DNA from: a virus
Taxonomy: Duplodnaviria > Caudoviricetes
DNA: 64,000 nt
Reading direction: 5' to 3' (one strand)
IMG/VR virus record: IMGVR_UViG_3300037418_002332
A program made the translations under genes and the position numbers. The notes below the pieces were generated by a model, which was not told where the DNA came from, made no database searches, and worked only from the letters and a program-made list of their open reading frames with translations. Shown piece by piece: positions 20,204-30,576 of the stretch (the first letter of the stretch is position 1; each line of letters begins with the position of its first letter).

Positions 20204-20492
20204 TGAAGCAACACAACAAGCCTTTGCTCGATATGACAAAATGATCGGTGATAAAGGTATTGAACCGTTGAATTCATCAGATGGCGATTTTTCAAAAATG
20301 GGCAAGTCTCAACAGCTTGCCCATTGCCGTTGGATGGCTCAACACCAAATGAAACCTGAACAAGCACATCATTCGCTCGATAAAAAATCTCGATGGCTTG
20401 GATTTATTCAAGGTGTTTTGATAGTCAATGGATTGACTAATGTAGACACAGAACGTAATATTACAAGACCTTGGTTTACAGGAAAGGCGTAA
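20193..20492 (+). CDS. Hypothetical protein
   Basis: ORF in operon; KSRWLGFIQGVL motif seen in phage proteins. Confidence 0.7.
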   Translation: MTIDEATQQAFARYDKMIGDKGIEPLNSSDGDFSKMGKSQQLAHCRWMAQHQMKPEQAHHSLDKKSRWLGFIQGVLIVNGLTNVDTERNITRPWFTGKA

Positions 20493-20501
20493 ATATAAAT
20501 C

Positions 20502-21437
20502 ATGAGTAAAGATGATCTTGTCTGGGTGGAAAAATTCCGTCCCCAGAAAATTGATGATTGCATATTACCAATTGATATCAAAAAGAAACTGAAATCATTT
20601 GCTAGAAAATCAAAAGCAATGCCACATATTTTGATGGCAGGCACGGCTGGTGTTGGTAAGACTTCAGCTGCAAAAGCTTTGATGAATGAAATCGATGCAG
20701 ATTACATTATCATCAACGCATCAAAAGAACGTAACATCGACACACTTCGTGTCAAAATTCAAGAATACGCATCAACGGTTTCATTCGGTGAAGGGCGCAA
20801 GTTCGTCATTCTCGATGAGGCTGATGGTTTGACAAAACTGACTCAGGATGCGTTGAGAAATTTCATGGAAGAATTTGCTGCTAATTGCGGTTTCATTTTA
20901 ACATGTAATCATGAAAACAAAATTACCGAAGCTTTGAAATCCAGATGTACAGTTATTCACTTCACAGTGAAAAAGTCTGATACAAAGGAACTTGTACTTC
21001 AAGCATTGAAGCGTTTCGAAGAAATTCTGACCATTGAACAAGTGACTTTCGATAAGAAAGTTCTGCTTCATCATATCATGAACTTCTATCCTGATTTACG
21101 TAAAGCATTGAATGAGCTTCAAGCTTACAGTAATATCAATGAAACTATTGATACTGGCATCCTATCGATTTCTACAGGTAAGGAAATTGATGATCTTCTT
21201 GGCTTCTTGAAAACTAAGGATTTCTCTTCAATGAGAAAGTGGGTTGCTGAAAACGACGTCAATATGGAAAATCTGGTCGAATCATTGTTCCGAAAGGGTT
21301 CAAAGGAATTCGACAAGGAGAAAATTCCATATCTGGTTCTCATACTTTCTAAGTATGATTATCAAAATGCGTTTGTGAGCAACAAGGAAATCAATATTGT
21401 TGCGATGTTAACAGAGATCATGGGAGACGTGGCATGA
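20502..21437 (+). CDS. gp44: Clamp loader ATPase subunit
   Basis: WVEKFRP, GTAGVGKT, ILDEAD and LKSRC motifs. Confidence 0.96.
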   Translation: MSKDDLVWVEKFRPQKIDDCILPIDIKKKLKSFARKSKAMPHILMAGTAGVGKTSAAKALMNEIDADYIIINASKERNIDTLRVKIQEYASTVSFGEGRKFVILDEADGLTKLTQDALRNFMEEFAANCGFILTCNHENKITEALKSRCTVIHFTVKKSDTKELVLQALKRFEEILTIEQVTFDKKVLLHHIMNFYPDLRKALNELQAYSNINETIDTGILSISTGKEIDDLLGFLKTKDFSSMRKWVAENDVNMENLVESLFRKGSKEFDKEKIPYLVLILSKYDYQNAFVSNKEINIVAMLTEIMGDVA

Positions 21438-21670
21438 AGGTTAGAGATCTAATCAAGGAATTTGAATTGTTAGATCCTGATCTTGATGTTTATATCGCGG
21501 CTGATTCTGAAGGCAACATGTTTAACAAATTCTCTGATATTGGTGAAGGCTACATCGAAGTTCTTGAACATAACAAATATATGTCAAGAGTAGATTGCCT
21601 TTACAATGAAGAAGATTTGAAAGAATATGATATTGAAGATTTTCGAAAGGTTATCGTTTTATGGCCATGA
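21434..21670 (+). CDS. Hypothetical protein inserted between gp44 and gp62
   Basis: ATGA overlap with gp44; acidic 78-aa ORF. Confidence 0.7.
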   Translation: MKVRDLIKEFELLDPDLDVYIAADSEGNMFNKFSDIGEGYIEVLEHNKYMSRVDCLYNEEDLKEYDIEDFRKVIVLWP

Positions 21671-22032
21671 GCCCATTCGACTATATCAAATCTATCAATG
21701 AAAAGTCATATGTATATGATGAACAGAATGAGAAAGAATACACTTCTCATGTCATAAACATTGGACTTTCTTTCTTTTCTGATACCATCTTTTTGGTGAA
21801 CGAAGCGAATAAATACAATTTGAATGGCAAGATGCATTACGACTTCCTCTACTATTCGGTTGAACCCCGAAAACGTTGGAGCAAGTGGTTTAAGAAAGAA
21901 GCCAATCAAGAGGAATTGGATAATATCATTGAATATTTTGATGTTTCCATGACTAAGGCGAAGGAACTCCGCAAAGTTCTTACGACCGATCAACTTAGTG
22001 AAATAAAGAGTAAATTGAGTAAAGGCGGATAA
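21661..22032 (+). CDS. gp62: Clamp loader subunit
   Basis: SPFDYIKSIN, MHYDFLYYSVEPRKRWSKW motifs. Confidence 0.9.
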   Translation: MAMSPFDYIKSINEKSYVYDEQNEKEYTSHVINIGLSFFSDTIFLVNEANKYNLNGKMHYDFLYYSVEPRKRWSKWFKKEANQEELDNIIEYFDVSMTKAKELRKVLTTDQLSEIKSKLSKGG

Positions 22033-22036
22033 TTAC

Positions 22037-22441
22037 ATGACTGATATTATTGATACACTTGTAGAAGTGAAATTGAAAAATGACAATTTCCTTGTTGTAA
22101 AGGAAACCCTTTCAAGAATCGGTGTCGCCAACAAAGACAAGAAGCTGTTTCAATCTTGCTACATTCTACAGAAACGCGGCAAGTTCTACATTGTTCATTT
22201 CAAAGAACTTTTCATCCTAGACGGAAAAACATCAACCTATTCTGAAGAAGACAAAGGTCGTAGAAATACGATCGTGAAGCTTCTACAAGATTGGGATTTG
22301 ATTGATGTGGTCAACCCTGATCTGATCAAGGAACCACTGACTCCAATCCAAAAGATTAAGGTTATCAAGTCTTCTGAAAAGGATCAATGGGAATTGATCG
22401 AAAAGTACCAAATTGGTAAGACCAAAAAGAAGGAAGAATAA
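22037..22441 (+). CDS. regA: Translational repressor RegA
   Basis: FLVVKETLSRIGVA and KFYIVHFKELFILDGK motifs. Confidence 0.97.
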   Translation: MTDIIDTLVEVKLKNDNFLVVKETLSRIGVANKDKKLFQSCYILQKRGKFYIVHFKELFILDGKTSTYSEEDKGRRNTIVKLLQDWDLIDVVNPDLIKEPLTPIQKIKVIKSSEKDQWELIEKYQIGKTKKKEE

Positions 22442-22927
22442 ATGGAGTCAACTATTTTCGATGATGAGCCAGTCAGTTTGATTATTGATCGGCCAACGGT
22501 GGGACTTCAATTTGTTGGAAAACATATTTCTTCTTACATTCCACAATATGAAACACTAGGTTCGTCCGGTGTTGATTTACGTGCTGATATTCCTGAACCA
22601 ATCACTGTTGAACCAGGTGAAATCTATATGTTTGGTACAGGTATTCAGTTGAATATCCCAGTCGGGATGGAAGCGCAAGTGCGTTCACGTTCCGGGTTGG
22701 CAGTAAAGTATGGTGCATCAGTTCTACATGGAGTTGGCACTATTGATTCAGATTATACAGGTGAAATTGCGATGATCATGTCAACGATCAAACCTTTCAC
22801 TGTAAAACCTGGTGATCGTATTGCTCAGATGGTATTTGCTAAAGTTTCGCAAGTGTTGTTTGAAATGGAGGTCATAAATGACAAATCAAGCAGAGGTTCT
22901 GGAGGTTTCGGCAGCACAGGTGTCTGA
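22442..22927 (+). CDS. dut: Trimeric dUTPase
   Basis: SSGVDL, RSRSGLA, GTIDSDYTGEI, RIAQ and RGSGGFGSTG motifs. Confidence 0.95.
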   Translation: MESTIFDDEPVSLIIDRPTVGLQFVGKHISSYIPQYETLGSSGVDLRADIPEPITVEPGEIYMFGTGIQLNIPVGMEAQVRSRSGLAVKYGASVLHGVGTIDSDYTGEIAMIMSTIKPFTVKPGDRIAQMVFAKVSQVLFEMEVINDKSSRGSGGFGSTGV

Positions 22928-23102
22928 TGCCTTAACAAATATTACAGATCAAATCAATTATCTGTATGAAGAGTGTGCTAGAATCGACAGAAAATACAAA
23001 GGTCGCCGAATCAAACCGGGTGCTTTACAATACATTCAAGAATGTAAACATAAGGCTAAGTTATTGATCGCAAAGCGAAAAATGCTTAGAAATATTTACT
23101 GA
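22878..23102 (+). CDS. Hypothetical protein
   Basis: ORF filling the gap after dut; start uncertain. Confidence 0.5.
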   Translation: MTNQAEVLEVSAAQVSDALTNITDQINYLYEECARIDRKYKGRRIKPGALQYIQECKHKAKLLIAKRKMLRNIY

Positions 23103-23136
23103 AAAAGTATATTTCAAATTTTGACAAGTATAAATT

Positions 23137-23160
23137 AGAGGGGAAGCAATTCCCCTCTTT
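23137..23160 (+). terminator. GNRA hairpin upstream of gp43 (terminator and/or translational operator)
   Basis: AGAGGGGAA-GCAA-TTCCCCTCT then TT, 9 nt before the AGGAG RBS. Confidence 0.7.
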
Positions 23161-23178
23161 CTCATTTAGGAGCAATCA

Positions 23179-25710
23179 TTGTTCTATACAAATATTGAAC
23201 GTGCAGGTAATAACATCCTGACTCGTGGTTATGATGATCAAGGCAAACTGTTCTTTCACAAAGATGAAGACTTTAAGCCTAGAGTCTATATTCCCGCCAA
23301 TTCCGTTAATGCCAAATACAAAAGTCTGAAGGGGCAAGCTCTTGAGGCAGTTCAAGCTGGTTCACTTTCCGAAACAAAAGAATTCATTGATCGATACAAA
23401 AATGTAGATAATTTTGAAGTTTTTGGTCAAGAAAACTGGATTTCCAACTACATAGTTGACAAGTATCCAGGGAAAATTGATTACAACTATGATTTGATCA
23501 ATCTTGCATTTTTCGACATTGAAACCACGTGTGAAGAAGGCTTCCCAAATGTTGAGACAGCCAATGAAGAAATTTTGATCATTTCATTCTGGAACCGTGG
23601 TACATATTACATTTTCTCAACTGAACGTTATGGTAAATTCGTAACGGATAAACCAAATATTGTATCAGAAACTTTTCCAACTGAAGAACTCATGCTTCAT
23701 GCTGTTGTTGACTTTTGGTCAAAGATGGCATTCGACATCGTATCCGGTTGGTATTCTGACTTCTTTGATATTCCATATGTTGTAAACCGTATCAACCGAA
23801 TTCTTGGTAAAGACAAGACCAAGAAGCTTTCGCCATGGGGCATGATTCGTGATTTGACTATCCCAACTTTGAAAGGTGACCAAAAGTCATACACAATTGT
23901 TGGTGTTAATCATATCGACTACATGGCAGCTTACAAAAAGTTCTCTGGTGTTCAACTTGAAAATATGAAACTGGATACAGTTGGTAACCATGAACTTGGT
24001 TTGAAAAAGCTTGACTATTCAGAATTTGAATCAATGCGTGAGTTGTATCAAAAGGACTTTCAAAAGTTCTGCGAATACAACTTGAGAGACAACGAAATCC
24101 TAGTTGGTGTTGAAAAGAAACGTAACATCATCAAGATGATTGTCAGCCTTGCTTTGAACGCAAAGGTGAACATGGTTGACACTTTCAAGCAAACTGTGAT
24201 GTGGGATAATATCTTCTACAATCACTTGCTTGAGAAGAATATCATCGTCCCAAGAAAAGAAAAGCATGCAAACAGCGCTCCTATTCCTGGTGGTTTCGTT
24301 CGTGAAGTAAATCCAGGAATGTTCAAGTGGATCGTTTCACTTGACCTTGACTCACTGTATCCTCACTTGATCATGGGTACAAATATCAGTCCTGAAACTT
24401 ACAAAGGCATTTTCCAAGTTGATATTGAAGATTTGGCAAAAGGCAAAGATATCGACTTGCTTCGCTATTGTAAAAAAGAGAACTATGCGTTGGCCGGAAA
24501 CGGTGCAATGTTCGATAGATCAATTCGTGGGTTCATTCCTGAACTCATGGACGTCATGTATAAAGAACGTAAACAGTTCAAGTCTGAAATGTTGAAGACA
24601 CGTGATTATCTTGAAACTAATCGTGCAAATTTGTCAAAGGAAGAAATCAAGAAACTGGAAGATGAAATCTCCAGACTTGACATGTTCCAAAACGTTCGTA
24701 AGATTCAGCTGAACTCAGCCTATGGTTCATTGGCTCAGATCGGATTTAGGTTCTTTCAATATGAGTTGGCTTGTGCAATTACTTTGACAGGTCAAACAAC
24801 GTTGAAATGGGCAGTTCGTAAGTTGAATGAATTCATGAACAAAATCCTTTCAACTAAGGATGTTGATTATGTGTTGGCGGCTGATACCGACTCAATCCAC
24901 TTGAACTTTGAGCCTATTGTGAAACAGTATCAGTCTAAAAAGCCTGATGCTACACGTGAAGATATTACCAACTTCATCGACAAAATTGTTCAAAATAAGT
25001 TTCAACCATTCCTTGATGCAATTTATGAGGAACTGGCTGAATATTTGAATTCATATGAACAAAAGATGAAAATGAAACGCGAAAACATCGTTGATGTGGG
25101 AGTGTATTTGGCCAAAAAGAAATATATTTACAACGTGCTCGACTCAGAAGGCACTCGATATGCTGACCCAAAGTTGAAGGTCATGGGCCTTGAACTGGTT
25201 AAGTCAAACACTCCAGCTTTCTGTAGAAAGAAAATGAAGGAAGCTTGTAAAATCGTACTTGAAAAAAGTGAATCAGATTTAATCAAGTTCATTGAGGAAA
25301 CCAAAAAGGAATTCATGAAGTTGCCATTTGAGGATATCGCTTATCCTCAAGGTGTAAATCACATTTCCAAATACACTGATGCTTCTGGTGATTATGTCAA
25401 AGGAACTCAGATTTATGCGCGCGGCTCTATCATTTACAACAATTTGTTGAAAAAGAAGGGACTGACTAAGAAATATGAAACCATTGGTGATGGTGATAAA
25501 ATCAAGTATTGTTACTTGAAAATGCCAAATCCAATTTTTGAGAATATCATCAGCGTTCCATTTGCACTTCCGAAGGAACTTGGTCTTCATGAATATGTTG
25601 ACTATGAAACTCAATTTGAAAAAACTTTCATGAGTGCAATCGGACGTATTTGTGCAGCCGTGAACTGGCAATTGACAAAAGTTGATTCATTGGAGGATTT
25701 TTTCAATTGA
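23179..25710 (+). CDS. gp43: Family B DNA polymerase
   Basis: DIET exonuclease motif, DLDSLYP, KIQLNSAYG, ADTDS and AKKKY motifs. Confidence 0.99.
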   Translation: MFYTNIERAGNNILTRGYDDQGKLFFHKDEDFKPRVYIPANSVNAKYKSLKGQALEAVQAGSLSETKEFIDRYKNVDNFEVFGQENWISNYIVDKYPGKIDYNYDLINLAFFDIETTCEEGFPNVETANEEILIISFWNRGTYYIFSTERYGKFVTDKPNIVSETFPTEELMLHAVVDFWSKMAFDIVSGWYSDFFDIPYVVNRINRILGKDKTKKLSPWGMIRDLTIPTLKGDQKSYTIVGVNHIDYMAAYKKFSGVQLENMKLDTVGNHELGLKKLDYSEFESMRELYQKDFQKFCEYNLRDNEILVGVEKKRNIIKMIVSLALNAKVNMVDTFKQTVMWDNIFYNHLLEKNIIVPRKEKHANSAPIPGGFVREVNPGMFKWIVSLDLDSLYPHLIMGTNISPETYKGIFQVDIEDLAKGKDIDLLRYCKKENYALAGNGAMFDRSIRGFIPELMDVMYKERKQFKSEMLKTRDYLETNRANLSKEEIKKLEDEISRLDMFQNVRKIQLNSAYGSLAQIGFRFFQYELACAITLTGQTTLKWAVRKLNEFMNKILSTKDVDYVLAADTDSIHLNFEPIVKQYQSKKPDATREDITNFIDKIVQNKFQPFLDAIYEELAEYLNSYEQKMKMKRENIVDVGVYLAKKKYIYNVLDSEGTRYADPKLKVMGLELVKSNTPAFCRKKMKEACKIVLEKSESDLIKFIEETKKEFMKLPFEDIAYPQGVNHISKYTDASGDYVKGTQIYARGSIIYNNLLKKKGLTKKYETIGDGDKIKYCYLKMPNPIFENIISVPFALPKELGLHEYVDYETQFEKTFMSAIGRICAAVNWQLTKVDSLEDFFN

Positions 25711-26102
25711 CACCTTTCTCGATAGCCGATGAACATGATTTGTTTGAACAAATACAGGATGGAGTGATGGCATTTTGTCATTCAAATGTAGTTCCACCAC
25801 TCCATCCACATGAACAACGAGTTATACAGTTGGCCCATGAAATGTATCATAGATTATTGACTTTCATTGACTTGGGTATGTTGGTCAAATATGATTCAAA
25901 CATCGGACTTGCCGGATATAATTCAAATGTTACTCCACTTTGTTCATATGATAGTGAACGGGTGATGGATTTCATTCATACCGATGTATGGAGAATGCAA
26001 TACAAATGTGTAATATTTGTAGAAGACTTCGAATTTTTGATTGAACCGTCGAGAGACAAAATACAGATGAGATTGAACTATGGCTATGAGCTTATCGACT
26101 AA
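25707..26102 (+). CDS. Hypothetical protein
   Basis: ORF overlapping the gp43 stop. Confidence 0.6.
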   Translation: MTPFSIADEHDLFEQIQDGVMAFCHSNVVPPLHPHEQRVIQLAHEMYHRLLTFIDLGMLVKYDSNIGLAGYNSNVTPLCSYDSERVMDFIHTDVWRMQYKCVIFVEDFEFLIEPSRDKIQMRLNYGYELID

Positions 26103-26616
26103 CAACGGAACTACATGGTTAGACAATTGGGTGAATGGAATGCAATATGATGACGATGAAAAACGACGGGGAGATTTAGCAAATGACTATCCGTTGCTCA
26201 CTGAAGAACAAATCACCCCATATATGTCAAAATGTATGGAACCTTTGATGGAACTAAACAAAGGTTTGTTCGCAAACGTGCAAGACGTTATGATTGATGA
26301 ATTTAAATACATTCGAAGAATGGTTAATTTCATGGCAGATATGGGAAATGTCCATATAATTGCTGATCAAAAACGACAACATACTCCATCATCAGTTACT
26401 TGGTTTAAACAAAATGGTGATAAGATTTTTGTTAACTTCATTATTCAAAAAACTGAAGTTTTAGCAGATATTTACAATGCGGTGTATGACTCAATCCTTA
26501 ATCATGAATCTATAATTATAGCAAATATCAAGCCACACGTATCAGAATACAACGCCATTACTGCTAGGGCAACAAAGGTAGAGTATCTATTTGCGATGGC
26601 ATCGATACCAAAATAA
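26080..26616 (+). CDS. Hypothetical protein
   Basis: 178-aa ORF in operon. Confidence 0.65.
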   Translation: MAMSLSTNNGTTWLDNWVNGMQYDDDEKRRGDLANDYPLLTEEQITPYMSKCMEPLMELNKGLFANVQDVMIDEFKYIRRMVNFMADMGNVHIIADQKRQHTPSSVTWFKQNGDKIFVNFIIQKTEVLADIYNAVYDSILNHESIIIANIKPHVSEYNAITARATKVEYLFAMASIPK

Positions 26617-26630
26617 CAAAAAGGATAAAA

Positions 26631-27680
26631 ATGACAGACGACTTTTTCTTAGATCTACTAAACGACAATGACATCGAAGTTGTAGAAGACATTCCTGAAA
26701 CTGGATTTGTTGATACAGGTTCATATGCGTTGAACGGATTGATCTCTGCATCAATTTATGGCGGCATTCCAAATAATCGTGCAATCATGTGGGCTGGTGC
26801 GCCATCAGCAGGTAAAACATACTTCACACTTTCATGTATCAAAACATATTTGGACAAAGATCCAATGAACAATGTGATTTTCTTTGATACTGAATTCGCA
26901 CTTGAAAAAGAAATGATTGCGAAACGAGGCATCGATCCTAAGCGTTTCAAAATCGTTGACGCTGAATCTCTTCAAGACTTCAGAACAAAATCAGTCAAAT
27001 TCTTGGATGCTTTTGAAGCTGCAAAGAAAAAACCAAATGTCATGTTGGCATTGGATTCACTGAGCAACTTGGCAACCAATAAAGAAATCGCCGACGCTGC
27101 GGCTGGTAATGACGTTCGCGATATGACCAAAGCACAGGTCATTCGTGGTATTTTCAGAATCATCACCCGTAAACTCGGCAAAAATCAAATTCCACTTTTG
27201 ATGACAAACCATATCTACAGTTCAATGGATATGTATTCACCAGTTGTCATTTCAGGTGGTCAAGGCGCATTGTACGCAGCGTCAACGGTCGTAACTTTGA
27301 ACAAGTCTAAACTCAAAGAAGGTGCTGATGTCATCGGTAATATCATCAGGGCAACCACTTACAAGTCTAGATATTCAAAAGAAAACCAAAAGGTTGAATT
27401 GAAGTTGGACTATGACACCGGTCTAGATCGTTACTATGGTCTGTTACCACTTGCTGAAAAATACAATGTCATCAAGAAAGTTTCAACACGTTATGAACTT
27501 CCTGATGGCGCTAAAGTATGGGGCAAGGAAATCAATGAAAATCCTGAACAAGTTTTTACAAAGGATATTCTTGATAAGCTGGATAAGGTAGCAAAGTTGG
27601 AATTTGGACTTGGTGGTTCAACGGATGGTGAAGAATTCATCATCAATGAGGAAGTTGCCAAACAACAAGAGGCAGAATAA
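26631..27680 (+). CDS. uvsX: RecA-like recombinase UvsX
   Basis: FVDTGSYALNGLISASIYGG, AGKT and DMTKAQ motifs. Confidence 0.96.
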   Translation: MTDDFFLDLLNDNDIEVVEDIPETGFVDTGSYALNGLISASIYGGIPNNRAIMWAGAPSAGKTYFTLSCIKTYLDKDPMNNVIFFDTEFALEKEMIAKRGIDPKRFKIVDAESLQDFRTKSVKFLDAFEAAKKKPNVMLALDSLSNLATNKEIADAAAGNDVRDMTKAQVIRGIFRIITRKLGKNQIPLLMTNHIYSSMDMYSPVVISGGQGALYAASTVVTLNKSKLKEGADVIGNIIRATTYKSRYSKENQKVELKLDYDTGLDRYYGLLPLAEKYNVIKKVSTRYELPDGAKVWGKEINENPEQVFTKDILDKLDKVAKLEFGLGGSTDGEEFIINEEVAKQQEAE

Positions 27681-27683
27681 TAG

Positions 27684-29072
27684 TTGAAGACTACTTCACA
27701 AACTATCATATACAATCTAATCAATAATGAGGATTTCCATAAGAAAGTAATTCCGTTTTTAATGTCTGACTATTTCGAAAATGCTGGCGAACAAGTCATG
27801 TTCGATCACATTTACGCTTACAGTCAGAAATATGCCAAAGTTCCAACTTTGGAAGCTTTGTTCATTGAAATTGGTAACAATAAGAAAGTTACAGAAGGCC
27901 AGGCAGCGGAAGTTGATGGTCTTCTTAAAATCTTGAAGGAACCAAGTGAACCAGTGGACTTAACTTGGCTTGTTGAAAAGACGGAAGAATTTTGTAGAGA
28001 TAGAGCAATCAACAACGCGGTGATGGAGGCAATCTCCATCATCGACGGTGAAAACAAAAAGCTTGGAAAAGGTGCAATTCCTGATCTATTGAAACAAGCA
28101 CTTGCGGTTGGTTTCGATACAAGCCTTGGTCATGATATCTTTGAAAATGCTCCAGATCGTTGGGAATATTATCATCGAGTTCAAGAAAGAATTCCATTCA
28201 ATCTTGACTATTTCAACAAGATTACCAAGAACGGATTTGCTAAGAAAACGTTGAATCTTTTCCTGGCCGGAACGCACGTTGGTAAAACTGCAATAATGAT
28301 TCATCAGGCAGCTTCAAATCTGGCTGATGGCAAAACTATCGTCTATTTTACATTGGAAATGGCTGAAGAAGAAATTTCCAAAAGAATAGACGCAAACTTG
28401 ATGGGCTTGGATATCACAGATATCGAAACCATTTCCAAAGACCAATATTTGAAAAAGATTGGTCAATTGAAAGCCAAACATACTGGTCGTTTGATCGTTA
28501 AGGAATATCCAGTCGGTCAAGCGAATATCAATCACTTCAGACATTTTCTGAATGAGCTCAAACTCAAGAAGAATATCGTTCCTGATGTGGTGTATGTTGA
28601 CTATTTGAATTTGTGTAACTCATTCAGATTGGTAGGCAACAATTCAGCCAATTCATATACCATGATGAAGGCGGTGTCGGAAGAACTCCGTGGTTTAGCT
28701 ATGGAAATGAATCTTTGTATCGTATCCGCTTCTCAGTTCAATCGTGCAGGTGCGAATAACACTGACCCAGAAATGGGTGATATCTCTGAATCATTCGGTG
28801 TCGCGTTCACTGCCGATTTTATTGCGGCTTTGATCGTCACAGACGAATTTAAGGAGCAGGACAAGATGATGGTCAAACAGTTGAAAAATCGATACGATGA
28901 TATGAACAAAATCCCATCATTTTTCATAGGATACAAACGATCTAAGCAAAAATTCTACGATGCGGACTTGACTCAATCGGATGAATCACCTATAGTGACA
29001 AAGGAGACGCCAGTGTTTGATGCTGGCAAATTCAACACCAAAAAACCGAATTTAGGAGATTGGAAGCTGTAA
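27684..29072 (+). CDS. gp41: Replicative DNA helicase
   Basis: KTLNLFLAGTHVGKT, TLEMAEE, DYLNL, SESFG and QLKNRY motifs. Confidence 0.96.
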   Translation: MKTTSQTIIYNLINNEDFHKKVIPFLMSDYFENAGEQVMFDHIYAYSQKYAKVPTLEALFIEIGNNKKVTEGQAAEVDGLLKILKEPSEPVDLTWLVEKTEEFCRDRAINNAVMEAISIIDGENKKLGKGAIPDLLKQALAVGFDTSLGHDIFENAPDRWEYYHRVQERIPFNLDYFNKITKNGFAKKTLNLFLAGTHVGKTAIMIHQAASNLADGKTIVYFTLEMAEEEISKRIDANLMGLDITDIETISKDQYLKKIGQLKAKHTGRLIVKEYPVGQANINHFRHFLNELKLKKNIVPDVVYVDYLNLCNSFRLVGNNSANSYTMMKAVSEELRGLAMEMNLCIVSASQFNRAGANNTDPEMGDISESFGVAFTADFIAALIVTDEFKEQDKMMVKQLKNRYDDMNKIPSFFIGYKRSKQKFYDADLTQSDESPIVTKETPVFDAGKFNTKKPNLGDWKL

Positions 29073-29260
29073 TGTACAAGATCATCAAAAATTCTGCTGG
29101 AAAATTCGATTTGATTGAGCTCGCTACTGAGCAAGTGGTCGGAGTGTTTGATGACCATGGTGCTGCAAAAAAGCAGTACAATCGGTTCAAGGGTGGAGTG
29201 GCGTTCAATGGATGGACGCCATCTTTCTTTTTGATTAATGTAATGGAGTATACAAAATGA
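29072..29260 (+). CDS. Small hypothetical protein
   Basis: TAATG coupling to gp41; ends with FNGWTPSFF. Confidence 0.6.
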   Translation: MYKIIKNSAGKFDLIELATEQVVGVFDDHGAAKKQYNRFKGGVAFNGWTPSFFLINVMEYTK

Positions 29261-29802
29261 AAACATATGCTGGTATTGGGTCAAGGGAAACACCAGAGGA
29301 TGTTTGTTTGATCATGAAGAATTTGGCCACCAAGCTTGAAGCTTTTGGTTACACGCTTCGCAGTGGTGGTGCGGAAAAAGCTGATCAGGCATTCGCATCT
29401 GGCGTGACAAAGAAATCAAATATGCAAATCTTCCTCCCTTGGCGCGGCCATAATGCGATTGATTCGATTTACACCGAACCATCCGAGGAAGCTATGGAAT
29501 TGGCGGAAGCTTATCATCCTGCTTGGAACAAGATGGGTGAACGAGGCAAATTGCTTCAAGGTCGAAACAGCCATATCATCCTGGGTGAAAATCTCGATGA
29601 TCCTGTTGATTTCGTGATCTGCTGGACCCAAAATGGTGGAGTCATGGGCGGCACAGGCCAAGGGATGCGAATTGCCAATTCAAAGAAAATTCCAATTTAT
29701 AATCTGCGTAATGAAGCAGACATTCAAAAACTGAGCGCATTCCTAGCAACTCTTACTGAACAAGCAGTCAAGGAAAAGGACGCCAAGAAAATTTGGGAAT
29801 AA
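29257..29802 (+). CDS. SLOG-superfamily (DprA/YpsA-like) protein
   Basis: YAGIGSRETP, LRSGGAEKAD and GGTGQG motifs. Confidence 0.8.
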   Translation: MKTYAGIGSRETPEDVCLIMKNLATKLEAFGYTLRSGGAEKADQAFASGVTKKSNMQIFLPWRGHNAIDSIYTEPSEEAMELAEAYHPAWNKMGERGKLLQGRNSHIILGENLDDPVDFVICWTQNGGVMGGTGQGMRIANSKKIPIYNLRNEADIQKLSAFLATLTEQAVKEKDAKKIWE

Positions 29803-29807
29803 AGTAC

Positions 29808-30494
29808 ATGCCAGTTTTGGGATACATTTCAGACCTTCATCTTGAATTTAGGAAGGATATGGTCAAGGACGGAGTTTCATTTGATGATGTTGTAATTGAT
29901 TATTTCAACAGCTTCACTGGAAAAATCGACTTTTTGATCATTGCAGGTGATATTCATTCGGATCAGAAAAAGCGTGAGAAATTTCTTTCACGTCTGACTG
30001 TACCTGTGAAATATGTCATGGGCAATCACGACTTTTTCAAACTGGAAGTGTATGACGATTTCTTTGATGAGGACGGAATCACCGGAGCAGGTCTCTGGAC
30101 CAACTTCAATAACAATCCGTTGAATGAAATCATTGCACGTGAACAGATTTGGGATTATCGTTGGATACCAAAATGGACCACTGAAAAATGCAAGGCACTG
30201 CATTTTGAGCAAATGCGAAAGATTATGGCCAGTCCATCTGAAATCGTAGTGACTCACTTTCCACCTTCATTCGGTTCAATCACTGATCGTTTTAAAGGTG
30301 ATCCATTGAGCACCGCATATTTCTGTAACAATCTTGATTCTCAGATTTTAGGATCAAACAAAAAGTTGTGGATTCACGGTCACGTTCATTCGGATCACGA
30401 TTATATGATCGGTGATTGTCGAGTGGTTTGTAATGCGATGGGATATCCTAATGAGTTGCACAAAAGACAAGAGATAAAAATCATAGATATTTAA
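29808..30494 (+). CDS. Calcineurin-like metallophosphoesterase
   Basis: SDLHLEF, AGDI, GNHD, THFPP and WIHGHVH motifs. Confidence 0.9.
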   Translation: MPVLGYISDLHLEFRKDMVKDGVSFDDVVIDYFNSFTGKIDFLIIAGDIHSDQKKREKFLSRLTVPVKYVMGNHDFFKLEVYDDFFDEDGITGAGLWTNFNNNPLNEIIAREQIWDYRWIPKWTTEKCKALHFEQMRKIMASPSEIVVTHFPPSFGSITDRFKGDPLSTAYFCNNLDSQILGSNKKLWIHGHVHSDHDYMIGDCRVVCNAMGYPNELHKRQEIKIIDI

Positions 30495-30576
30495 AGATTT
30501 TACTTTTCTTTTTGAATCAATTCAGCTACAAGTGAATTGTAAGGTGAATTTTAACTCGAAAGCGGAGTTTTTGAAT

